The notes under the pieces: generated by a model
Seen by the model: the letters and a program-made list of their open reading frames with translations, nothing else
Told to the model about the DNA's origin: nothing
Databases searched by the model: none
Source: Octopus vulgaris
Lineage: Eukaryota
Direction of reading: 5' to 3'
Assembly (NCBI GenBank): GCA_951406725.2
Contig: OX597821.1
Span: forward strand, 59,024,001 to 59,088,000
Length of the DNA stretch: 64,000 nucleotides
Made by a program: the position numbers and the translations under genes
Shown: positions 14,430-27,819 of the stretch, one piece after another
Layout of the letters: each line of letters opens with the position of its first letter
Numbering within the stretch: the stretch's first letter is position 1

Positions 14430-14760
14430 AGGTGCATAGCTCAGTGGTTAGAGTGTCCGACTCATAATCATGAGGTAATGAGTTTGATTCCCAGACTGGG
14501 CTGTGTGTTGTATTCTTGAGTAAGACACTTCATTTCACAGTTCACTCAGCTGTAGAAATGAGTTGCAATGTCACTGGTTCCAAGCTGTATTGGCCCCTTT
14601 GTGTTCCCCTTGGATAACATCAGTGGCATGAAGAGGGGAGGCTGATATGCATGGGTGACTGCTGGTCTTCCATGAACAACCTTGTCTGGACTTGTGCCTT
14701 GGAGGGTAACTTTCTAGGTGAATCCCATAATCATTCATGACTGAAGGGAGTCTTTACCCT
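14430..14760 (+). mobile_element. tRNA-derived SINE family C
   Basis: TAGCTCAGTGGTTAGAG A-box and GAGTTTGATTCCC B-box, then TTGAG(T/C)AAGACACTT core. Homologous to 20735-21065. Confidence 0.8.
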
Positions 14761-16078
14761 TCACATGCAGTTGTGTGTGTGTACTGTTTACCTTTTGATT
14801 GTTTCAGTCATTGAACTGCAACCAAGCTGGAGCACTGCCATGAAGGGTCTTAGTTGAACAAATCAACTCCAGTATTTATTTTTAAGCCTGGTACCTGTTA
14901 CTGTCAGTCTTTACTGCCAAGCTACCAAGTTAGAGGGAAATAAACAAACCAACACTGGTTGTCAAGTGGTGGAGGAAACACACACATGCACACACAAACA
15001 AATACACTTGTATGTGTGTTGGGCTTCCACACAGTTTCCATCTACCAGATTTACTCACAGGGTATTGATTAGCCTCAGGCTATACTAAAGGGCACTTGCC
15101 CAAAGTGCCAGGCTGTGAGACTGAACTTAAAATCATGTGGCTGCAAGGCAAGTCCCTGTGTGTGTGTGTGTGTGTGTGTCTAATGAGAAGAAGTGAGGTA
15201 GTGTATTCTTAAAACAAAATTATTTAGGCAACAGAGAAAGTTCTGTGTGCAGGCTGGAAACATACAAACTCCAAGATTTTCTCAGAAAGAATATATCAGA
15301 ATAGGTCGACAATTATATATTCTACACAATGTCTGGAAGGACATCAACTTGGGTTGATTGCTTTGACACAGTGTAGACAGATGTTGAACTTTCTCTCAGA
15401 TTGTATCAAATAGCTGTATGTATGTACCTTGCATTCTCGAGAGGAGGAGTGGTTTGTGTGTACTTACATTCGTGTAACACAATATGGAACTCTAAATCTG
15501 ACGTAGTTCTATTTGGAGAGTGAGATGAGGCAGAAGCATTAGGTTTATGTTTCTCTGGATCCTACAGTAACCCTCTGGCATGTGTGTGTGAGGGGATTGG
15601 TTTGTGTGTGTGTATTCATGTCATCTCTCTATCACTCTCTATTCCATTTTTGCATTATTTTTGTTTTTAAGCTGTTTGGGGTTTGTTTGCTTTCTCCCCC
15701 CCCCCCATCCGTTGTCATTTGGAAGTTGTTCTTCGCATGGCTACTTACTAGTTGTTAAGAACATGTTTGCTCAACTCACTTTATCTGTTGTTTTCAACTC
15801 GAGAAACCTCTTTTGTGTGTATTTGTGTTATTACGGAAACAAGTTGCTTACAAAAATAAGATGCTATATATGGCGGGTAGATGGAAGAATTGGTAGAGCA
15901 TCAGGCAAAATATTTTGCAGTATTTGAGCTATGTTCCTTTATATTTTGTGTTCAAATCCTATCTATAGCTACTTAGCCTTTCATTCTTTTGAAAATAAAT
16001 ACTGGTGTGGGGTGACTTAACATAACCAACTATATTTTAGAAGGCAGTCCCACAACATGTCTACAGTTTAACCATTAA

Positions 16079-16291
16079 CTCTTAGACTTTCAGATTACTA
16101 TGTCAAATGTAATGCTTATTTGTTCACATTACTTTGAATTACTCATGAATTATCTCATAGCTTTGAGATTTCAAGGATGTGGTTGTTTATTTTTAGAATG
16201 AAATTGTAAAGTAAGTGTGAGAAGCAGGATCTGGCAAGATAAAGCATGTAGAATATTCAGGCCAGATATGGCCAGTTTAAATGCGAAAGGG
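16079..16291 (+). mobile_element. piggyBac-type MITE
   Basis: TTAA at 16075-16078 and 16292-16295, right TIR AATGCGAAAGGG, body colinear with 49070-49290. Confidence 0.75.
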
Positions 16292-19200
16292 TTAAAGTAA
16301 GTAAAAGATTGAATGAAACCTCTGTGTGTCACTATCTCCTTGTTTTGACACCATGCGATAATTACAAATGAGTGCCCTTCTCTTCCAATCTTCTGTGGAA
16401 ACATGCCTAGTCTTAGGGATATATTGCCTTACTAGGAAACAAGTGATGGCTAGCTATAGGAAAATCTGTCTCAACAAGTTACCATCTAACCCATGCAAGC
16501 ATGGAAAAGTGGACATAAAAACAATGGTAATGATACACACACACACACACACACACGCACACACATACACATATGCATGCATACACATATATACATGTAA
16601 AGAAAGACAGAAGTAACATTTTTCTGTAAGATATATAAACTAAAACCGGACAAAAAAAAGTATGTGTTTATATACATGTACATTATAATCAATAGTTAAT
16701 ATGTTTATATAAGTATTACTATATTGTATATGTATTTATAAACTATAATTTGACACAGTCAACAGGATTGGCAGTGGCTCATTTTTCCAAACTGAAAGTT
16801 ATTTTTCACCCTCTCATTGTTTACAAATGCAATGCCATTAGATATATTAATGTCACATGACATACCAAACAAGTATGAGAAAGCTTCCACAAGGTCCATG
16901 CTGTAATTATAATACTTTCCTGAAGACCACTCCTGGAATAGTAAATATGTTCTTCAATTACTCAACTTGAAATAGATATATATATGTGCATGCACACACA
17001 CACACATACATACATACATACATATATATATATATATATGTACATACATTCATACACACACGTGTGTGTGTCTGTACACATTTGTCTTTTAGTCAGAAGT
17101 ACCCAACACATTCTATAAAGTGGTTGGTGTTAGGAAGGACATCCAGGCATTGGAGCTCAACATTGTCCTTTGACTCATCAGATTCTGTCAAAACATCTCA
17201 CCTATACAAGCATCAAAGATGTGGTAAGAAACTTGCTTCCCAACTACATGGTTCTGGGTTCAGTCCCACTGTGTGGTACCTTGGGCTAATGTCCTCTACT
17301 ATAGCCCCAGGTCAACCAAAGCCTTTTGAGTGGATTTTTCGTAGATGGAAATTGAAAGAAGTCTGTTGTGTGTGGGGGGAGTGCGTGTGTGTGTGTGCTT
17401 GTTCCCACCACCCCTTTTCACAACTGGGGTTGATTTGTTCAACATGGCTGCAGTCCAATGACTGGAACAAGTAAAAGATGAAAAATAAAAAAAGATTAAA
17501 AAATGATGTGTATGTATAGACACACATACACACATTTCTGAATATTGTTTGAAATATGCAGCCATTCTTACAGTAATTGACTATATCATTAGCATCAACT
17601 CTATCTCATCCACCATCTGCATAAGAAGCTTTTAGACTATTTTGAGTTTAAAGTGTGGCAAGGTAAATGGAGTTATGATAAATCTTATGTCAATATCACC
17701 TGAAAATGCCAATTCCAAACTTGAAAGAACATTAATGATAAATATTATTTGTGCATACCTCACACATGCTTACATATGGAAATGCTTTTACTACAGTTGG
17801 TTAGGATGATAAATGTATTTTTCTATTACGTTGTGTGCTTAAGAAGCTTACTCTGCAAACATGTGGTTTTGGGTTCAATCCCACCGTCTGATATCCTGGG
17901 TAAGTGTCTTCTACCATTGAAAAATACCTTGTGAGTGAATTTGACAGAGAGAAGATATGTTGTGTTTGTGTGTATCTTTGTGTTTGAGTTTGTCTTCCTT
18001 TCAATGTTGGGACAGCCAGTGTTGGTTTGTTTACATCCCCATAACTTTGTGGAACAACAAAAGGGATCAATACAATAAGTACCAGCCTTTAAAAATAAAT
18101 ACTGTGGGGGGGATTTGTCCAATTCAACCCTTCAAAGCAGTGTCCCAGCTTAACCACAATTCAATAGCTGAAACAAATAAAAGGTGGGGGAAAGGAAGAT
18201 ATTCTCTTGTGAAAGCATTAGATTTTGATGCAGTATACTACTTCAGTAATTCTCTTTTGTTCTGTCAGCATGTGCCTTTCTGATATTATGGTGTTTAATA
18301 GCACCAAGAATAGAAAACTATAAGCATTGAATATGAAGCCACAGCTTTAGCAAAGAGGCTTCTTAACCATCTTGTCTATTCGAAAAGATATTTCGGCATC
18401 AACATTATCATCATTGTTTTAATGTCCACTTTTTCATGCTCACATGGATCAAGTAGAATTTGTAGAGGCAGACTTTCTACGGCTGGATACCCTTCCTATC
18501 ACCAACCTTCACCTGTTTCCCAGCAAGATAATATTTTTCCATAACAAAACGTGTTTCCATGGAAGGTTGGAAACAAAAGACACCTCCTTAGCAAGACACC
18601 TGCTCCTCTTGTCCCTCCATCATACTGTCATGTCCATCAGAACTATACCCCCACTCAGTTGAGGTGGGTCTTGTCTTGCAGGTACTTAGTGACATCACCA
18701 GTGCTGGTGCCACTAAAAGAGCACCCAGTACACTATGTCAAGTTGACATTAAGAAGGGCACCCAGTTGTGGAAACCAGCCAATGCAGACAATGGAGCTTG
18801 GGGCAGTCTTCTGGCTCGTCATTTTATGTTGAAGCATCCAACCCATGCCAGCATTGAAAAAGAGACTTTAAATAATGAAGAAGACATATATTTCTGTGGC
18901 TGGCACCGTGTAAAATGCACCCATGCCAGCACCACATCAAGAGTAATGAAACACCCAGAGCACATTGTAAAGTTGTTGACATTAGAAACCATTGAAACCA
19001 TGCCGAAACAGATGACTGGAGCCTGGTGCAGCCCTCCGGCTTGCCTGCTCCTATCAATCCAACCAAGCCATGCCATCATGGAAAAAGGGGGCATTAAATT
19101 TATGAAGAAGATATATATATATCTACAGGAAATTTATTCAAATCAATGTTACATGTTACAAATCAATAATGAATAAATAAATATAAATAAGCCCATTAAT

Positions 19201-19906
19201 CACTTCAGGATGTATATTGCTAGATTTTTAAGGATTAGCTAGCTTAGTGTTCATAAATCTTTCCTAAAAATTAAAATAATTACTTGAATCTTAATTAATA
19301 ACTCTTTCTGTTTGACAGATGCCAATATTTTTATATATTTGAATTTTTTCTTATTAATAGAGAAAATTAAGCCCCTATTTTCACCCCAAGTTCTCACAAG
19401 GAAACAATTTTAACATGGTAGCCTTTATGAATGCCTGTATCTTATTTCTTGTAAATTAAGACCAGTTCTGTTAGCTACTCTGGGAATTTTCATCTGAGAA
19501 CTGCTGTTTAATGTTCTCTGAAAAGACATTACAGCAAAAAGAGATAAAACTTGAGGATGTGACTCATAAAATTGGTTCTGTATAAGATTGTTTTACTTTT
19601 GCACTTCATTTTAAATTCTTAAATGTCTTAACATTTTATCATTAAATGGAAGTATCACTAGATATTCAAAACTTGAAAAAGAAATAAAAATAGTTTCCCT
19701 TCAATTTGACTAAACTAATGGGTGTATACACATAGGCGTAACTGCATTTTTAAGAAGTTTACTTCCCAACCACATGGGTTCAGGTTCAGTTCTACTCCAC
19801 AGCACCTTGGAGAAGTTTCTTCTCCTTTAGCCCCAGGTCACCCAAAGACTTTATGAGTAGATTTTATAGACAGAAACTGAAAGAAACCCATAGTGAATTA
19901 TGTGTT

Positions 19907-19943
<37 letters not shown>

Positions 19944-20017
19944 ACATATCCACAAATATATTTATATTAGGGAAGTTATTTCCGAGTCCATATATATATT
20001 TATGACAATATTTACAT

Positions 20018-20123
20018 ATCGCCTGAAGAAACACAACTAAATTTCATAATGCATGGAAACGGTTGCATAACTCTTTACCTGCATGCCTGAAGAACTACGT
20101 TACATGGAAACAATTGTAGTGAT
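20018..20123 (+). ncRNA. tandem hammerhead-ribozyme-like motifs (Penelope-type), degenerate
   Basis: atcgc-CTGAAGA(20023)...GAAAC(20056)ggttgca, then CTGAAGA(20087)...GAAAC-aatt-GTA(20107-20118)-gtgat. ATCGC pairs with GTGAT, and ACAATTGT is palindromic. Confidence 0.55.
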
Positions 20124-20565
20124 TAAAAACTAAATGTCTAACCATACTCCTTCTTGCTGACTCCAATTTTTTCAGTTATCTATTCACACGTAACAGATGC
20201 CCAAATGCAAACCTGGAAGTACATATAATACTACTACTACTGGATAGCACAGAGTGAAATCTGAAGGTGGATGAGCTTAATAATGTACTCTACTATGTTT
20301 TTAACAGAGTGTACCATAACTATATGTATGTATGTATGCATGCATGCGTGTATGTATGTATGTATTATGTATCAAAACACAATACCAAAATAATTTTCCA
20401 ATCTCCTGTTTTGATATTGTTACTCTGCAGAAAATATTTTTCAGTATTTTGAACTCTTATGCATCTCTCACACAAATATAACATCTAAATACGGATTTGG
20501 AATACTAAAATAAGCAGATGCACTTCAAGAGGACACAGCTTGGTTTTAACCTTATCCCATATAAA

Positions 20566-20566
20566 A

Positions 20567-20658
<92 letters not shown>

Positions 20659-20666
20659 TGTGTGTG
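20566..20666. repeat. (TG)n microsatellite
   Basis: About 100 bp of nearly pure TG repeat. Confidence 0.95.
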
Positions 20667-20734
20667 CAAATGTTGACATTTCCTAGGTTTGCTTGTTACT
20701 TTGATCTGAGCAAAGCAATAATGTATATATGCTG

Positions 20735-21065
20735 TACGCATAGCTCAGTGATTAGAGCATCAGGCTTACAATCATGTGGTTATGAGTTCAATTCCTGGGC
20801 CGGGCTGTGTGTTGTGTTCTTGAGCAAGACACTTTATTTCACATTGCTCCAGTTCACTCAGCTGTAGAAATGAGTTGCAACGTCACCAGTGCCAAGCTGT
20901 ATTGGCCTTTCCCTTGGATAACAGCGGTGGGGTGGAGAGGGTAGGCTGGTATGCATGGACAACTGTTGGGCTTCCATAAGCAACCTTGCCTAGACTTGTG
21001 CGTTAGAGGAGAACTTTATGATGTAATTCCATGGTCATTCATGACAAAAGTAGATCTTTACCCTA
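20735..21065 (+). mobile_element. tRNA-derived SINE family C
   Basis: TAGCTCAGTGATTAGAGC...GAGTTCAATTCC...TTGAGCAAGACACTT; homologous to 14430-14760. Confidence 0.8.
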
Positions 21066-21464
21066 ACCCTAAAACTGGAAACTTATAGCACCATCATTCA
21101 AGTAAGTGCAGTGCTTTGCAAGCTATGAATGTAACCATTTCTTTTTGCCTCAATAAATACCCTAATAATCAGATTTTAATCTATTTCTTGAACTTTAGCA
21201 CCTTTGACATGTATCTTTTGCTATAGCCTCCAACTAATCAATGCCTTGTGAGTGAATTTGGTTAATGGAAACCGTGTAGAAGCCCATCATGTATGTCACC
21301 ATCATCACTTAATGTCCGTTTTCCACACTGGCATGAGTTGGAAGGTTGGATGGTTTGACAGGCACTGACCAGCTGAAGAGCTGCCTATATCTATATATAT
21401 ATATGTAGATAGATAGATAGATACATACATACATACATGTGTGTGTGTGTGTGTGTGTAATATA

Positions 21465-22341
21465 CTGGGTGTGGTGAATAAACTGTCATCTAAATTATGC
21501 AAAAATGAAAATAACACTGACATCTCATTTTAACAGATATATTTACCAAAATTACATAAAATTATCTTGAAATACTGAAGAGTAAATTTATTCAATAAAA
21601 TCGACATTGACTTCAACCATGGCCTCCAGATGACTTCGGAATCTCCTGCAACTCTTCTGGATGGTCTCCTTGCTTAAGTTGGTGAAAGCTGCCATAATCC
21701 TTGCCTTCAGTTCATCTTTGGTGTTACAAGGAGTTTTGTTTGTCTCTTGCTCAACTGCACCCCACACATAATAATCAAGGGGGTTGCAGTCTGGGGAGTT
21801 TGGTGGCCAGATGTTAGGGGTGATGTGGTCGCAGGAATTGTCTGATAACCATGACAGGGTTCTCCTGCTTGTGTAGCATGGTGCAGAGTCCTGTTGCCTG
21901 ACATAGGGTCTTCCAGCAGCCATCCTCTTGACCCAGTGCAATACTACATCCTCCAGGCACTTAATGACCTGCATGTTGAGTGTGAGGCCATGTGGGAAGA
22001 TGAATGGAGGCATCACGTTACCATCACTAGTGATCATTCTAAACACCATGATGTTGACTGGATGTTTGATTTTTATCACTCTTGGTACATGTCCTCAGAT
22101 TGCACTGGCCTCAGATTGACACCCAAACACTCTGAAATGTTCGTATTGGCATGAATGCCAAGCAGTACCGCATGTTGCTTCCAAATTTCTGGCAGAGTAA
22201 ATTGCATCATGGTGCTGTTTTTTTCACAGACAGTACCTAACTGACTCTGCTATACTGTGTAGTTGACAAAATCAAAAACAAACAATGCATATGTGTGAAA
22301 TTATAAATATAAAATGGCAACAATTTACTCATCGTACCCTG
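21465..22341 (-). mobile_element. Tc1/mariner DD37D (maT-type) transposon, internally deleted, non-autonomous
   Basis: Imperfect ~26 bp TIRs (CTGGGTGTGGTGAATAAACTGTC / GGCAACAATTTACTCATCGTACCCTG) with TA on the left flank. ORF 21588-22079 has QQDSAPC...WPPNSPDCNPLDYYVWG, with 37 residues between the last two catalytic D. An N-terminal stub MMQFTLPEIWKQHAVLLG is fused out of frame. Confidence 0.9.
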
Positions 22342-22589
22342 TGTGTGTGTATATATATATAGTTAATTTTTTAAAAAATGGAGAAAAAGACAAGAAAAAA
22401 AGCAACAATGTGAGGGTGTAATACATACAAAGTATTAATAAGATGCTCAGAGAAGAAAAAGAGTAGTTGTATTTCATTTCAAACATAGGTCTTCTTTGGA
22501 AACAGGAAACATAGAAAGGTCCAGAAGAATCTGTATGTATGTATGATATATGTGCGCGCGCGTGTGTGTGTATATACATACACACATAT

Positions 22590-22940
22590 TGGTGTCTGTC
22601 TGTGTGTTTGGAGTTACTCTAACTCCTCCCACACCATCCAACTGATTTTAATGATTTTTGGTACATAGGTCGGTCACATGCCCTGAAGTTGAAATAAGGC
22701 CGGAATTTTTTGAAAACACAATAATGCTCAGTTGGCATCGATTTTTGTGAGCTCAATCAGGCGTTTGAAAGGAAATTCCCATAATGTTATTTTTGCTGCA
22801 GATTTTGCATTTTTTTCGCATGAAAAATTTCAACAAAATAAATAGAATAGTTTCTAAGGAAATGCTTATTCAATACAAGGTCAGAGGTGGGCTTAACTTC
22901 AACATGGAAAACACGAGCAATGCCCGGTTCAACAGCTAGT
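22590..22940 (+). mobile_element. non-autonomous Helitron/HINE-like element
   Basis: 5' (GTCT)n, then a 3' imperfect hairpin CGAGCAATGCCCG followed by CTAG|T at 22936-22940. Confidence 0.6.
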
Positions 22941-22941
22941 A

Positions 22942-22988
<47 letters not shown>

Positions 22989-24296
22989 CTTTGTGTTTGT
23001 CCCCCACCACTGCTTGGGAACTAGTGTTGGTTCATTTACATCCCTGTAACTTAACTGATAAAATAAATACCAGCCTTTAAATAAGAAAAAAGGTAAGTGC
23101 TCGGATCAGTTGTTTGATTAAACATTTTAAGGCAGTGCCCCAGCATGGCCTCAGCCCAATGACTAAAACAAGTGAAATATAAAAGATGCAGGCAAGTCTC
23201 TTCTCTTCACACTACCAAGCTTATTCAAGGAAAAGGCCACTGCTGTGGGCCAATACTGCTTGCCGCCAGCATCATTGCAGACATTACTGTCAGAAAACAA
23301 AGAACTGAAATGGATGTCATAAGGCATCCTACTCAACCCCTGGACAGTTCTACCAATCCAAGTTCTACCAATACCTGAATTGGTACTTTTTTTATTGACT
23401 GAAATAATGAAAAGCAAAGCTAACCTCAAATGAATTTAAAGAGTGAAGAGAGTCGGAACAAATAATCACCAAACATTCTATCCAATACTCTCTGATTTGT
23501 CAATGCTATTGTCAGAATCGTTAGCATGCCATGCAAAATGCTTAGCAGTAGTTGTCCAACTTTATATTCTGAGCTCAAATTCTGCCGAGGTTGACTTTGC
23601 CTTTCATCATATCAGGATCATTCAAATGAGTACCAGTTGCATACTGAGGTCAATGTAATCAACTAACCACCTTCCTTTAAAATTGTTAGCCTTGTGCCAA
23701 AATTAGCAAGAATTATTACTACCTTGTATGTTGTCACTATTCCTGCTATTTTTATTCTATGGTAAACCACAATTATTGCCTTTGGTTCACCTCAGTTCAT
23801 ATTACCGTTCTTTTTTCCCCCAACAGCTACAATTTACTATTTTTAAAAATGAAAAACAAATATGAGATTACTAAGAGACCAGAGAATATCTTATGCTTAA
23901 AAAAAGAACATTGTAAGCAATAAATATGTCAGAAAACCCTGTGACACTTTGAAAAGTCTCAACACTGGAAAGCTCCCTGGAGGAATTCAATAATTTATTT
24001 AAAGAGTAAACAAAAACTGTGGAAAATTCAAAATAAAGTAATGCAAAAAACTTCAAATTACAAATAAAACTAATAAAAAAATAACTATCACAAAGTCCAC
24101 TCAAAAAAGTTTAACAGAATAGGTTTAACATAGGCATAGGAGTGGCTGTGTGGTAAGTAGCTTGCTTACCAACTACATGGTTCTGGGTTCAGTCCCACTG
24201 CATGGCACCTTGGGCAAGTATCTTCTGCTATAGCCTCAAGCTGACCAAGGCCTTGTGAGTGGATTTGGTAGACGGAAACTGAAAGACGCCCATCGT

Positions 24297-24354
<58 letters not shown>

Positions 24355-24359
<5 letters not shown>

Positions 24360-26240
24360 TAAATTAGAGATAAAACCATTATTAGGTAAATCAAACAGTG
24401 AAAAATCATAAGCCAATCCATAGAAAAATTAATTAAAGAAATATAAAATATAAATATAAAATATAAAATTCCAAATTAAAATATTTAAATTAAAGTTAAA
24501 ATTTTTTAAATTATTTAAATAATTTAAACTTATAAATTTTAAATATATATATATTTATTATTATTATTATTATTATTTTATTATTTTATTTTATTTTATT
24601 TATTTATTTTTATTTATTTTATTTTTTTGTAAATTATATAACTAACAAAAAGTATTAAAAGTTTAATATAAGATAAATAGTAAAAACACTACGATTGTTT
24701 CATGCCTGTAACCAATTCGAATAGCAATAATTTAAATTCAATTAATAATTCAAATTATGGTTACAGTCAATCTTCAGGTTAATTGTAATATTTTAATAAG
24801 TAAACAGAAATATTTAAACAATATTTTTAAGAAATAAATAATATAATAATTTTACTTATAAAAAACTCTATTATCAAACTAGAAACTTAACAATTATGAT
24901 TAAATCAAAACATCAATTATAATGTTAAATATTAATTTTAATTTTTAAGTATTAATTTTTAAGGTAAGAAACCCACCAATAGTCTAATATCAGTAATAGT
25001 CAATATCTAATTACATAAATATTTTACAAAAAAACTATTATATTATTAAAAATATAAAATTCAAATAATATATAAATTATCAATGAAAATATATAAATGT
25101 ATATAAATATTATAATTAAGATCTAAAATAATCTCTATAAATATATATATGCACATATAATAAAGACCTAATAAATTAATTTTTCATATTTAAAGATGAA
25201 ATAGCTAATTTCAAAAAAACAAACAAACAATCTTAAACGAACGCTATATCAAATTAACTATCTTTATATCTTGTTGGCTAAATAATAACTTTCAGAAATC
25301 TTATATTTAAAATACTTAAAGAAATAATCAATTCGTAGTTATATAGTATCAAATAAATACTATAAATATATTTATCAATGGGAATAATAAATCTAGCAAA
25401 TATCAATTTAAAAAGACAATAGATAAGTTAAAATAATAATTATAAGAAATTTAAAACTACAATTAATGCTATTAATACATGTATATACATAAACCTAACT
25501 TCAAACAACTTGTATACTTGCTATCAAACAACATATCTATCGCTAAGTAAATTCTTACGAATAAACTTAAAGTTAATATCTAATAATTATAAAGAAAATT
25601 ACGATAATTAGATCATTACATAAACAACGATATTTACATAAAAAAACAATATTATTACACCATAAGACTTATAAAATATTAAAATTCAAAGATCTTAAAT
25701 ATAAATATATATATATACTTAGCTTAGTGAGGTTTTGTGATGAACTAAAATTTTGAATTGGAAAACGTCTTTACAGCGTTTATAAGAATACTCGTGGAAT
25801 TACGTTATAAGCAAAAAAAGAATGAATTGTTGAAGAATTCATTAAGTGTGAGTAACAAATACGCTTTATCAATGAAGATTGTGAATGGGAACAGTTATGG
25901 TTTATCAATAAATGTAAATAGAATGAAGTTACAGATAAAGAATAGAATCACTCTATACTATAAGATTTATTAAACCTAACTTCAAACAACTTGTATACTT
26001 GCTATCAAACAATGTATCTATCGCTAAGTAAATTCTTATGAATAAACTTAAAGTTAATATCTAATAATTATATAGAAAATTACGATAATTAGATCATTAC
26101 ATAAACAACGATATTTACATAAAAAAACAATATTATTACACCATAAGACTTATAAAATATTAAAATTCAAAGATCTTAAATATAAATATATATATACTTA
26201 GCTTAGTGAGGTTTTGTGAACTAAAATTTTGAATCGGAAT
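24355..26240 (-). mobile_element. extremely AT-rich decayed Penelope-like remnant with internal ~270 bp duplication
   Basis: Hammerhead-like motif near its left (3') end. Minus-strand translation around 25760-25900 (IFIDKAYLLLTLNEFFNNSF..) resembles the Penelope post-RT region. Direct repeat 25490-25763 / 25971-26239. Confidence 0.5.
24687..24780 (-). ncRNA. hammerhead-ribozyme-like motif with long helix II
   Basis: Minus strand reads CTGAAGA-t-tgactgtaacc-at-aatttgaat...attcgaatt-ggttacaggca-t-GAAAC-aatc-GTA-gtg. Helix II is about 20 bp and helix I is weak. Confidence 0.55.
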
Positions 26241-26914
26241 ATATATATATGTGTGTGTGCATGTGTTTGTGTGTCTGTGTTTGTCCCCTCCGCCCCAACA
26301 TCGTTTGACAACCAATGCCAGTATGTTTACGTCCCTGTAACTAAGTGGTTCAGCAAAAGAACCGATAGAATAAGTACTAAGCTTACAAAGAATAAGTCGT
26401 GGGGTCAATTTGCTCGACTAAAGGCGGTGCTCCAGCATGGCCACAGTCAAATGACTGAAACAAGTAAAAGAGAATATAAACCTACCTCCTTTAAAATGAT
26501 ATCGCTGATATTTTGAGCTTGACTTGGGTTTTTTTATACACAAAAGAACTTGTTTCTGAAACAATACCATTTTCTAGCTAGTTCCCTGTTAGTTCACCAA
26601 AGGTGATATGGCATTCATCATCATCATCATCATCATTTTTAACATCCACTTTTTAATACTTGCACGAGTGTGATAAAGTTTATTGAGATAGATTTTTTCT
26701 ATGGCCAGATTTCCTTCCTGTTGCCAACCTTCAACTGTTTCCAAGCAAGGTAATGGTTTCCCCATGGCTGGACATGTTTTTTTCAGAATATTGTGTATTA
26801 ATGACATACTAATGACATCGGGTGATGTCAAGACAAGGAGACATCTCTGAAATATTAATTTTTTCCTTTTAAACAATTTAATGAAAAGCTATAAAATCAT
26901 CTCTTTCTTTATCT

Positions 26915-26949
<35 letters not shown>

Positions 26950-26999
26950 GAGTGTCTGTGTGTGTGTGTGTATACATACATACATGCATACATACATAC

Positions 27000-27002
<3 letters not shown>

Positions 27003-27084
<82 letters not shown>

Positions 27085-27089
27085 TATAC

Positions 27090-27125
<36 letters not shown>
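27003..27125. repeat. (TA)n/(TG)n compound microsatellite
   Basis: Directly visible in the sequence. Confidence 0.95.
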
Positions 27126-27382
27126 AAATAGACAAATGATAGAAAATGGAATGAGCAACATTATTTACAATCTCTATAACTGTAATGATTTTAAAATAAA
27201 GAATGTCACTCATTCCATTTCCTATCATTTATCTATTTAAATAAACTCTACAGCTACAATGAAATTCCTCATGTATACCCAGTAGCAAGAGTACTTCCAC
27301 TGTATGATGACATCAGGTAGCCAATAACTATGGATGAGCTTTGCATAGTATACTGCAAGGTGTTTACCTGAGTCTTATTTAA

Positions 27383-27420
<38 letters not shown>

Positions 27421-27757
27421 AGTTTTGGTGAAACTCAGATAAATGCTATTAGAGAAATAACAGCAGAATTATCTTAGCACTACTACATATAATTGCTCTC
27501 TACATCTGTATTGAGTACTTTCTGATCTGGATTATAAATTATACCAAAGAATCCAGGTTAAACTCTGGCCTCATGAGTCCTACAGCTCATGATACACTTA
27601 AGTTGAAGTGTAAATTCACATGACTGTGTATTTGTATGTTTACATATACATATGTGCACGTGCACACACACACACATACAATTAGATAACTTTTACATAT
27701 TACTATTGAAAAATGGTATGAAAACCCACTATATACACAGAGAGAGAACTATCAAGG

Positions 27758-27817
<60 letters not shown>

Positions 27818-27819
<2 letters not shown>

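Larger units (their letters stand above)
24131..26478 (+). mobile_element. SINE family A interrupted within its (TA)n tract by a ~1.9 kb insert
   Basis: Head and core at 24131-24300; the tail resumes at about 26250 (TTTGTCCCC...GACTGAAACAAGTAAAAGAG). Confidence 0.85.

Noticed and set aside
14430-14510. tRNA gene-like sequence (also at 20735, 40960 and 57621)
   Set aside because: A and B boxes are present, but there is no closed cloverleaf and each continues into a SINE body.
18664-19176. 170 aa ORF on the + strand
   Set aside because: Made of two consecutive copies of a dispersed repeat (AAAGAGCACCCAGTACACT...AACCCATGCCAGCAT) found elsewhere in the window; no domain and no splice support.
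24355-26240. Possible mitochondrial insertion (NUMT) or foreign AT-rich DNA
   Set aside because: No recognisable mitochondrial gene, rRNA or tRNA motifs. The hammerhead-like end and Penelope-like residues fit a retroelement better. Not fully excluded without BLAST.
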